Assembly (NCBI RefSeq): GCF_016432865.1
Contig: NC_067403.1
Coordinates: forward strand, 4,650,001-4,714,000
Direction of reading: 5' to 3'
Source of the DNA: Antechinus flavipes
Taxonomy: Eukaryota
Length of the DNA stretch: 64,000 nucleotides
Position 1 is the stretch's first letter. The number at the start of each line of letters is the position of its first letter. This document shows, piece by piece, positions 35,745 through 46,289 of this stretch. The position numbers were made by a program, and so were the translations under genes. The notes beneath the pieces are model-generated. The model was not told the origin of the DNA and ran no database searches. It saw only the letters and a program-made list of their open reading frames with translations.

Positions 35745-36318
35745 TTTTTATTCTCTTTTTTAATTTTTATTATTTATTAAAGCTTTTTATTTACAAAACA
35801 TGTGCATGGGTAATTTTTCAACATTGACCCTTGCAAAACCTTGTGTTCCAAATTTTTCCCCTCCTCCCCACTCCCTCCCCTAGATGGCAGGTAGTCCAAT
35901 ATATGTTAAATATGTTAAAATACATGTTAAATCTAATATATGTATACACATTTATAAAATTATCTTGCTGCACAAGAAAAATTGGATCAAGAAGAAAAAA
36001 AAAACGAAAAAGAAAGCAAAATGCAAGCAAACAACAGAACTAGTGAAAATGCTATGTTGTGGTCCACACTCAGTTCCCACAATGCTCTCTGTGGGTATAG
36101 ATGTGGGTATTTTCATCACAAGATTACTGGAACTGATCTGAATCATCCCACCATTGAAAACAGCCATATCCATTAGAATTGATCATCATATAATCTTTTT
36201 ATTGTCGTGTGCACTGATCTCTTGGTTCTGCTCATTTCACTCAGCATCAGTTCATATAAATCTTCCCAGGCTTTTCTAAAATCATCTTGCTGATCGTTTT
36301 TTGTAGAATAATAATAAA
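35745..36318 (-). mobile_element. Young 5'-truncated LINE-1 3' end
   Basis: Poly(T), then CAACATTGACCCTTGCAAAACCTTGTGTTCCAAAT; TSD GAAAATTGTTCT (35733-35744) / GAAGATTGTTCT (36319-36330), one mismatch; ORF 36173..36493 ends in L1 C-terminal NDQQDDFRKAWEDLYELMLSEMSRT. Confidence 0.93.
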
Positions 36319-36478
36319 GAAGATTGTTCTCATTTGTGTGTTTGGGATAAGAAACATATAAAAATGTATTTATATTATGACTTTCCCAAATTCTTTCCTT
36401 TGATGTTCTGACATAATTAGATAGTTGGCTATATGATATGTGGTTCCAGCTTAGTGTGTAGATAGTTGGACTTTTTAA

Positions 36479-36738
36479 TTGTTGTTCAGTCACTTTTCAA
36501 TCCAATCTGATTTTCTATGATCCCATTTGGGGTTTCTTTTTTTTTTCCATTTGGGGTTTCTTGACAAAGACAATTGAAATTACTTTCCATTTCCTTCTGC
36601 AGCTCATTTTAGAGATTAATGAATTGAGGCAAACAGGCTTAAGCATCACATAGCTAGTAACAATCTGAGGCCAAATTTGAGCTCAAGAAGATGAGCTTTC
36701 CTGACTCTGGACCTAATACTCTGTGCACTGTGGAGCCA
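36479..36738 (-). mobile_element. Mar1-type core-SINE with internal duplication of CCATTTGGGGTTTCTT
   Basis: TTGTTGTTCAGTC tail; CCATTTCCTTCTGCAGCTCATTTTAG; TTCCTGACTC head in reverse. Confidence 0.9.
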
Positions 36739-37187
36739 CTTAACTGTACTAGTTACCCATTGAGTGAGGATCCATTGTACATTTTCCCATCACAACTCAG
36801 TAGCTCATGCAAGTCTAGTTTGATCAAATACATGTGTAAATTTAAAATGGCCTAAAATTGTCTTGGTGCTGTTTTTCTTACTAAAATCCTTGCAAGAGCA
36901 AGAGTATTGTTGTTGGTAAAAGCAAGAAGGGGAAGGGAGAGAAGAGGTTTAATCAAGTTTCCAAAGTTCTCTACATTTATCCCATTTACCATCTTTACCA
37001 AAACCGAGATATATAGGAAATCAATTATTATAGTTACTGAAGAAATGTGGAATCAAGGGCATGGAAAAAACAATATATCCATAAACCATGCATGTTTAGT
37101 GTCTGAGGTAAGTTTCTAACCCACAATTCCTAACCAAAAATCTAATGCTTTCTCTACCACACCTAAATGTGTCTCCTCCCCCCCAAA

Positions 37188-37223
37188 AAACAAACAAACA
37201 AACAAACAAACAAACAAACAAAC
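37188..37223. repeat. (AAAC)9 microsatellite
   Basis: Direct read of the sequence. Confidence 0.97.
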
Positions 37224-37759
37224 ATTATGAAGGGCTTTGGGACAAAGAGAACAAAAACCTTTATATAACTGTTGTGTTGAATTAATTGCATTTTAAATCT
37301 TAGATTGAATTTTGATGACGTGTCTACAAAAAGAACTTTTAAATAAGCCAAATTGTAAATAATAACAAATAATCACAAATCAAATATTTACACATATTCA
37401 TTCTATGATTTGGAAAAAATATATTTATGCCTAGAGAACAAACCTTAGATCATCAGTGATGATTATTGATTATCTAAGGATATATAATGGCTACAAAAAC
37501 TTGTCTGCTTAGGCTCTGAGGCTAATGAGCTCTTTCTGATGAAAAAGAAACTGAAACAAATTGAAGATACTTGATTCCATTTGGCCTTCAGGCTGCTTAG
37601 TTTTTTTTAAATCATTTCACAAGGTCAAGTTTATTGCTTTGTTTTAGTTTTCAAACTGAAAACATTTCTGATAAACCAATCATCAGTACAACACATGAGG
37701 TAAGACTATCAAAAATCATCTGAGAGGAATGGGGTACAGAAAGAGTTATCTCAATCTTC

Positions 37760-38330
37760 TGTAGCCCCTTAATGATAATAGCAGTTCACATCTTTCTACA
37801 GGACACAGAATTTTGTATAACAGCACAGTGGAGTAAATGGCATAGCTATTACTGTTTTGTCCATTTTTGAGATAAGCGAACTGAGCATCAGATACTAATT
37901 AAGTTTCCTTAATAAACATAAGAACTTGGGCTTCAACTTCTGATTCTTGATGCCAAGTCTCAGACTCTTTCCATGATACTACATTATATCTGCCAGACAA
38001 TAAGTAAAATTCTAAGACACCTATAAGGCTATGCAAACTTTCTTCTTGTCTAAACTTTCAGTTCCCCATTTTAGCCACAGTAGCATCTCACCAGTTAGCA
38101 GGCAGCTGTTAGTGAAGTAGACAGAGTGCTGTGTTTGGCATTCAGAAGTAAAAATCCAGCTTCACTACTTTCTAGTAATGTCATCCTAAGGACATTATTT
38201 AACCTTTTTTTGCATCCATTTCTTTAACTGTAAAATGATGGCATAATATAGCACCTACCTTGAAAGGTAATTATGAAGCTTTATTGAGAATGTTTATGAA
38301 AGGGTTTAGCACAGTGGTTGGAACTATATA
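37760..38330. mobile_element. Two MIR-type SINEs in divergent orientation (minus about 37760-37990, plus about 38090-38330)
   Basis: CCATTTTTGAGATAAGCGAACTGAG in reverse; CATCCATTTCTTTAACTGTAAAATGATGG...GCACCTACCT forward. Confidence 0.7.
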
Positions 38331-39129
38331 AATTCTCATTCTTTTCCCAAATCCACTAAAGACTGACTTAAGTGAAGCCTAAAGCTTATTCCTGAACTCA
38401 AAGGAAGTTGATTCAGGAAAACAAAATATTGCCTTACGGGCTATTTTATATATTATTCAGTATTTCTCCAAAAATGCAACAACAGAAATAACTGTCCGAT
38501 GACTTCCTAATAGCGAAACATCAAATGAGACATGAAACGGAAAAAAAAAATATACACTCTACAAAAATATGAGCCATTCTACTAGAAAAAATCCACCAAA
38601 ACGTCCAGGTGAGGACTTCCCTATGAATAATGTGGTCCTCTAGATGCTCCTAAGATAATATTAATTTGATTACAACAAGCCCCTAAATATTGCAGATACT
38701 CCTAAAAGAAATATATCTGTATTCCCTCGAAGAATTTGTTCTATCTATCCACACAAGACAAACCTATTGAGGGTATTGTCCAAATTAAACATTCATTTGA
38801 CTGGATACACTCCAAAACTTGACCAATTGTGAAATATCTGGCACATACAGAAGGACAAAGATCTAAACCAGAATTGAAAAAGAGAAAGAGAATGGACTGT
38901 ATTTCATTATGGAAATCACAAAGTATTTTGATTTGTTTTTTTTTTTTAAACTCCAAAGTTTCCATGAAAACAGACATCATACAATAATGTTTTATTGGTA
39001 TTGCTAAACAAGCAATAGAATTTTGTCTGTGAAGCCTTATTGTCTGTGAGGAGATAAAAGTAGGACACGTACACACAGGCACATGCATACAGAAACACAA
39101 TGGAGAAGTACAAGGTAGGAATAAGCAGT

Positions 39130-39360
39130 CAACAACAATGAAGACTAAAGAAGAGGAGTAAAGAATGTCATCAAGGGGTTGTGTGACAGGAAAGAAAGAT
39201 AGGCTAGTCACATGATAAAACTAAGGATTTACAGAACATTGGGTGGACTGTCATATGGTAAGCTTTTGACAAAACAGATGAAAACTGTCTAAGATACCCA
39301 GGTATGAACGATACTGATCAGCAACATCACTAAGGCTACATCCATTTGGGGAAATAGCTA
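39130..39360 (+). mobile_element. Possible highly decayed RTE LINE 3' fragment
   Basis: AGATAGGCTAGTCACATG translates R*ASHM, loosely like the RTE RWAGHV motif. Weak. Confidence 0.3.
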
Positions 39361-39512
39361 TCTCTAAATATGAGTATATAAAGATAGATTGGTCTCTATA
39401 AAATATGTGTGTGTACATATACAAATATATGTAGTCTTTGTCTTTCTAGTATTTGTTGATAAAGTGTATAATAATACAAATGTGATTTTACAGATACATA
39501 GAGATGTGTGTA

Positions 39513-39514
<2 letters not shown>

Positions 39515-39546
<32 letters not shown>
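39515..39546. repeat. (TG)16 microsatellite
   Basis: Direct read of the sequence. Confidence 0.97.
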
Positions 39547-39550
<4 letters not shown>

Positions 39551-41129
39551 ATGTTATAGCGGGATGAACCCCAGCCTGGATACCAAAAAAGCTACATTTT
39601 TTAACTGCCTTATGACCATAGTGATGTCACTTTAACTCTGTAAGCCTCAGTATATTCATCTGTAAAATAAAGACAGTGATGCTTATCTATCTCACAGACT
39701 TCTCAATTCAACAATTCAATTGCCTGAACATCAATCAAGCAATTATGATGTGTCAGATATCATGCTGCATTCTTGGAAAACTAAGACAGAATAAAACCTT
39801 TTCCTGATCTTGAGGAGCTTATATTCTGATAATTATTATCAATCAATAAAAATCACTTTCTATATAATCATAATAACTGATGGATTTTTACAAATTGTTG
39901 ACAGAACTGCTAATGATTTTCTCTCCTCTTTATTTCCCTACTAAATATTCTTCTCTTAGATTAAAATTAGAAGGTATTGGGATTCCTTTGGGAGTGACTA
40001 TCATGGTCCAAATTATTCCAAGCTAATTCTTCCTTCTGTCTACACAAGGAGGACTGTTCTCAAAGAAAATAAACACTTTCAGGGATATTTAGGAAATTAT
40101 CCTTATAAGGTTCTATTTACAGTAAGTTTTTTATTTTTGCCCCAAAGTTTTAAGAATTCTCCTTTAGGTAGGTTTCTAAGCTTGATAGGATGCTTTTTCC
40201 ATACCAGTCATGTAAGGTCACTATCCTGACTTCAAAAGCTAGATCACTGAGGTTTAAATAGGTAAAGGGACTTGTTATTCATGAGTAAAGTTAGGACAGA
40301 AACCTATGTGTTCTGCATGTAAAATCACTTCCTCCTTCCTCTCACCATTCCCCACCCCATGACTTTTCTCGAAAGATATTCCTTTGAAAAGGGAAGTACA
40401 CTGAACTTGGTGCCAAATGGAAAGTTATGGATTCCCCAAGGTTAACACCAGGGAGAATTCAGGACTTCTCCCTAAATCCATTTCTGTAGGTTTGGTCTCT
40501 TATTCAACTTCTAAAGAGCAAGTTGAGAGAAAAGAAATCCCAGTCAGACTGACAGAAATATCTCCAGCTCCAATTATACAAGCAGTTCTCAGCCATCCCA
40601 CAGTGTGATACAGCCCAAGTGGAAGAAATGAACATTGAGGTTGGCAGTCTCCAGCAAAGTGTGAAATACATAGACTTACCTTCTGGCAGGGAGACAGAAG
40701 TCTGAAGTTTTCTGATTGCCTGCTCGCCTCCAACACTTTTCCTCTTTTTAAATATTGGTATTGGCAGCTCTTCTTTTTAAAAGCGAGAGGTTTGTAGGGA
40801 CAGATTTTAATAGGTCCCACAAATGATTTATAATGGACTGAAATTACCAGAGCTGCTATAAACTTCATGTCTGGAAATTCTGACTAAGGAAGTCTCTTTA
40901 AATTTCTAAAGATAAATGGCCTAGTACATTTGCCCTCCATTTCCTAGCAGGCAAACAGGAGATTCAGCTGCTAGGAATGGGTATCTGCCCTTGCTGGCTT
41001 CGTGATGGCACATCTCACTCAGCTGAAATGTTGGGTCAGACAGAGGGTCCTGGGATGGGGGGATGGGGTAAAGATAGATTTATATTAGTATTGACAATAA
41101 GCCTCCTCACTTCTCTCTCTCCAGAAACA

Positions 41130-41600
41130 CTGCATTACTTCTTACCAGCTAGTACAAATGATTTTCCTCACCCTGAGTTTTCTCTCCTTTCTCCAATCTA
41201 GATTCCACTCAGCTGCCAAATTGACTTTCCTAAAGAGCAGATCTGGCCATGTCACACCTGCTCCTCCATCTATGCTTTCAGTGAATGCGAGAGGCTTCCT
41301 GTTACCTTTAGAATCAAATACATTGTACTACTTGGAATTTTCAGTGATTGTCCCCCATGCAACTGATTTCTCTCTTTCTTCCCTTTACATATTGGCTCTC
41401 CTGACTCCTTTAAGAAATAACTCATAGCCCATCTTCTCCAGAACTTTTTGTTCCTTCTTTTCCTTTCCTCCAGTGATAATGACTTTCCTCTGAGGTTGTC
41501 ATTTCTCTATACTGTCTACACATTGTACGCATTGAGGTGTTTGAATGACATCTCCAACATCAGAATGTGATTTTTTTTTAATGAATGAATAAATGAAGGC
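41130..41600 (+). mobile_element. LINE-2 3' fragment
   Basis: CACTCAGCTGCCAAATTGACTTTCCTAAAGAGCAGATCTGGCCATGTCAC; ends AATGAATGAATAAATG. Confidence 0.85.
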
Positions 41601-42095
41601 ATAAATAAATAATTAATGACAGCATGTTTGCTGTTTGTAAAACATTGTGTTAAGTCAGGATATACAAATCAAAAAGTAAGACAGCCTGGGCTCACCAGAA
41701 GCTCACATGGGAATGGAATCCAAACCCATTTGGGAAGTTTGAGAGGAAAGTCAGAGGGTAAAACACTGTGCTGCTGAAGGTAACATTGGAAGGTGGATGG
41801 CGATACTCTTTTTTCTCCATCACTTCCACTGTAAAAATTGTAAGTTTTAGATGTTGGACCCCTTAATGGTTTCAAAGACATAGGTGACAAGAACTTTCTT
41901 TTGTGGGTCTTTAATGGATGGAGTAGTTGCAATTACAGGAGCAGTTTCCAAGATCTATCTCTATAAGAGGAGGACTGAGGGGATCAGGTTGAAAGCATTA
42001 CCAGGCCAAGCCTGTAAAGTTCAGAATCCTGTGCTATCGCCATTAAAAAAAATCTTAATACTGTAAATTTAAGTGTGTCAATATGTCCATTTTTA

Positions 42096-42130
42096 AAAGT
42101 TGATTGTTAAACATTTACCAGTATATCCCT
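42096..42130 (+). mobile_element. Terminal fragment of a MER63-like hAT DNA transposon
   Basis: GTTGATTGTTAAACATTTACCAGTATATCCCT resembles the MER63 terminus GCCGGTTGTTAAACATTTACCAGCACACCACTG as recalled. Confidence 0.5.
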
Positions 42131-42159
42131 ACTTTCCCGACTAAGTGGTAAATATGTAA

Positions 42160-42215
42160 ATCTCTACAAAAGTAGATTGTTTAGTTAAATCTGAACAATC
42201 TACTTTTGTAGAGAT
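42160..42215. repeat. 25-bp inverted repeat with 6-nt loop (24 Watson-Crick pairs, 1 G-T)
   Basis: ATCTCTACAAAAGTAGATTGTTTAG-TTAAAT-CTGAACAATCTACTTTTGTAGAGAT, paired base by base. Confidence 0.97.
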
Positions 42216-43459
42216 GTGTTTCAACCTCTGTCGATGAAGGAAATATAAGGAAGTTGTAGGGTATTCCTATTTTTAAGCTGTCACTTTCAAAGACAAATTA
42301 AGAGAGCATGTGGAAGTTTTTTTGAAGTCAACAAAAAGAATATTTTTTTTTAAGAATTGTTCTCTTTCTTCAATTTCTTTAGTATTTCCCCTTTCTTGCT
42401 CCCCTTTTTATCTAATATTTTGATATCATTTTAAATTATATAAAAAAAAACTCTGTTATTTATAAAACATGAAAATTTTTCTTAGGACTCATATAGTTTT
42501 AGTCATGTAGTGCAAGATTTTTTTTCCATTTTGAAGATGAAAAAAACTGAGATGATAAAAACAAAAGTCACACCCCTAGCAGGCTTTGTAATTTGGTTCT
42601 GAGCGAGGTCACTTGCTACTAGGTTTCAGTAGACTCATTTGCAAGAGAACTGGATTATACTAGATCAAGGTTTTTAACAACATGTGTGTATGTGTGTATA
42701 TATACATACATACACACATATGTATTATTGGTTTCCTTTACAATTCTTAAATACTCACAGTATGTAAACTATCCAATAAACTTGAGCCATAGAAAAGAAT
42801 AAAGATCCCTGTACTAATTCGTTACCATTCTTCTTACTTTAAGACTCTATGAATATTACTTCTCTGATGGGAAAGAATACCTCCCAAATTCATTGTCCAA
42901 AGGCAACTTTCTCAGATAAAGGAGGAAGTTTTCATTTTGTTTTGTTTTCATAAGGACTATAAATATTTCACAAAGGACATGCCAGGTATACCAAAGTACC
43001 TTGGTATAAATAGATGCTCTGAGGAAGGCAGAAGGCAGCTGCAGAGAAACCTGGACAGGTCTACTGGAATGGGAAAGGAATAATGAGAGGGATTAAGACA
43101 TAAGATCAGGATTTCTAAGCTCCAATCTAAGCTAAGGTCAGACTCCAAGGAGAATGACTCACGAATGGCAAGATAGAAAAGACACCTAAGAAAGTAAAAG
43201 TTAAATACTGCTGAGAAAGTACAAGCCTCAACATGGAGTGAGGAATAAGACTCTAGGTCTTGGAAAGCTCTAATAAAATTATATTAGTGTGAATAAAATG
43301 GTAGTGGGGTTTCAAGATCAAACTCAAAATAGGTAAAATTTTGAGATAGAGGAAGTTGTCTGACTCTTTCTTCCCTTTTCTTTGCTCTGTTTCAGTACAG
43401 TACAAAACTAAATAATTCAATAGGAAACTAAGGTCCTTCATTGTGGTATTGTACTCATC

Positions 43460-43680
43460 CATTCATTCATTCATTCACAGATGTTTGCTGAATAGCCATT
43501 ATATTCAAGACCTTGGGAGGAGGGCCAAAGATGAACAACATTCAATCCGGTTTCTGCCTTTCTGAAGTTTACTGATTATCGGAGAGATAAAATATTGATA
43601 GTAATAAATATAAGACAGGGCAGTGTGAGAGCAAAATTTTATGGAAGGAAGTAGAGAGGAGGAAGACATCATTCCTGGCA
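43460..43680 (-). mobile_element. LINE-2 3' end
   Basis: CATTCATTCATTCATTCACAGATGTTTGCTGAAT is the reverse L2 (ATGA)n tail. Confidence 0.8.
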
Positions 43681-45457
43681 AACATAATAATATAAATGAG
43701 ATTAAAAAATATGACAAATATTGAATTAAATTCAGAGTGAAAAATTAAAGTGTACCATTTTTCTGAAATGTGGCCCACATGAAGAGGGTAGAGATAATGT
43801 GAAAAACAATTACATAGTGTCTCATGGAATTTCAAAAGTTAGACTACTCTTCAGAAATGATCTTGTCTAAGTCATATTCAAATAGTTTTTTCTAAAATAT
43901 CTCACGTAGTAATCTAGCTTTGACAATCCATTTTTGGGAAGCTGAGGATGATTTGGAGCAAAGGATCAGTCTTTAGTGACTGGGATTTCTGTATACCTAG
44001 TGTACATATGGGGAAACTTGATATGTTTTTGAGCTCGGGAACAATGTGATTCTTTAGAATGGATTGCCCTGAGAAGACTATGGAGGTGAAGAGACAGTTT
44101 GGATGCTCTTGGATTAGTCTAAACAAAATGAAAGTAATTAGGGCCTTGGAAGTCCTTCCTCTTGGAGTGAAGGCAAAATAGGTGGAAAGGACAAAAGAGA
44201 AAAAAAGGGTTATAGGAAATTCTGTGGAATATCCTAAGCTTCAAAATCATTTAGCTATTCTACCCCTCATCCAAACTTTTTTTTTTTAACTGCCTTTGGA
44301 ATGAAAGATACCTCATCTGCTGAAGCAGGATTGGAGTCATAGTACTTAGAGTTAGATATTTATATTCTCTAATCTTACTTGAAACTCCTATTCTGGGTCA
44401 TTCCCACTCATCCCAAGACTCTGAGTTGCCATAGACTAGATCAGATCCTGCTTTAGTTCTCCAAAAGTTAATTTCTCTTTTTGGTCCTTTACTACTATCT
44501 GTAGTTAGAGAAGGAAAATATCCAAAATACTGCTTAGGTCAAACTCTCCTCCAAGACAGGATAATTCTAGTGAGTCTCTTTCCCCCAAACAATCTTATGC
44601 CATATTTCCAAGACTCACAGTGATACATTTTCATCTTTACTAGAAAGTAAACATAGAAGCTTGCTTAGCAAGGAAATCCATTCAGATATGCATTGACAAA
44701 TGGCTCATTGGCTTTGTTCTGCAGGTAAGACACTGTGCAGAAAACATATAGACGGGTCTCTCTTTTTCAGGAAATATTCTCTTTTGAGAATGTGTGGTGG
44801 CCAGCATCTCAAATTCAGAAATAAATCTCAAATGTAGAAATTCTGACACAAAAGGTTACTCCTAAGACAACTCTCAAAATTGGTGCTGCCTCGAATAGCT
44901 CTGCTCTTGGGCTAGAAGGCTAAATTGTGTGATTCCTCTGCCCAGGAAAAAGAAAACTCCTCATATTTTACACACGGGCTTGAGGTTGAGGAACAATGTC
45001 ATAGTCTCCCTCTCAGTCCATTTATAAGCACTTACCTGTCATGTGTTTACAGTATTGACATTATTGTTTCTGCAGTCTGGAAGAAAGTGTAAGAAGGAAA
45101 AATGGAGAGGGAGTTCTAGAGAGACCAGGTTGCTTTTATAACCTGAGATCAAAGGTTCAAAGTCTGTAATAATTAGGAGTTCTTTATGTCCTTCATTTGT
45201 CACCAGACAGCAAGAGAGTAGGGATTCCGGACTCCTCAAATGCACCCTCATTTCTTACATAAAGATAAGTAATATTAGACTCTTTCAGGAAGGCCATTTG
45301 GAAACAGTTCCTACAGAAGGAATCAATGGTGTTAATGTCAGGTGTGATGGGAATCCTGTGGGACAGAGATTTTGCATTAGGAGAAGCCTTATGATAACTC
45401 CTGACACCCACTGAGCAGCCTCATTAGTGCAGAGTTGCACGAGTCAAAAGGATAGGA

Positions 45458-45525
45458 GTGTGTGTATGTGTGTGTGAGTGTGTGTGTGTATGAGTGTGTG
45501 TGAGTGTGTGTGTGTGTGTGTATGT
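45458..45525. repeat. Interrupted (TG)n microsatellite
   Basis: Direct read; GAGT and TATG interruptions. Confidence 0.95.
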
Positions 45526-46289
45526 ACACATATGTGGGAGAGTGCTCTTGTTTTTAAGAAATACAAACATGAGATCAAAACTCTATTCTTCCTAGCATCT
45601 GGTAAAAGTCAGGCCGGTGTCTTTTGATCCCTCTTAACATCTTATGTAAAAAGATCTTCCAATTAGAGCAAGTCTCCTGGAAGGTCTTGTGCTAAGTGTG
45701 GAGAACCTGGGAAAGGTTATAAATCGTTACACATTGCTGGAGCCTGGAAATAGAAGCACTGATGACAGGTTATACGAAAGCCAGAGGCAGGGCCCGAGCT
45801 GAAAGGTGCTAAGATATATGCACTTTCAGTGAGAATGTCACAGAAACACCGCATCACCTGAAAATGGCAAGGGGAGTAAAATCTGTGTACATTTGAACTG
45901 AGAGAAAATCACACATGGAAAAAAAAAGATTTTCCCTGTCTTGTCAGCCTCAGATCATTCAAGCAGACTGTTCCTTTAGCCTTCCCACACCCCAGTGCCC
46001 CTTGGCTCAGGACAGCGCCGGGGAAAATGTGTTCGGTCAGTTTGCCAGTGTTTCCGAATGAGGTTGGTCATTGCTGGGTGAGTTCATAAAATCCCTCCAG
46101 GCCAGCTGGGAAACAGTAGGCCCAGAGGTTTACTGAAAGCCAGAAACAAATATGTACAGGCTTTCTGATCCCTTCACTTATCTGATCCACAGTCTATAAG
46201 TCTTCTTTTCTTTATTCCTTACTCTTTCTCCATTAAAAATCTCATTCAAAATTACCAAATGTATTAAATCATAAATAAAAATTTCTTAA

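Noticed and set aside
38741-39211. Longest ORF in the track (156 aa, minus)
   Set aside because: Low-complexity antisense reading through a poly-A run and a possible RTE remnant; no domain recognised.
40670-40700. Calling the locus NCAM1 because of the AAG triplet exon
   Set aside because: No Ig or FN3 coding exons anywhere in 64 kb, so no gene symbol is justified.
40500-40868. 122-aa minus ORF MKFIAALVISV... as a secreted protein
   Set aside because: The hydrophobic start is too short for a signal peptide and no family is recognised. Only its internal donor site is of interest.
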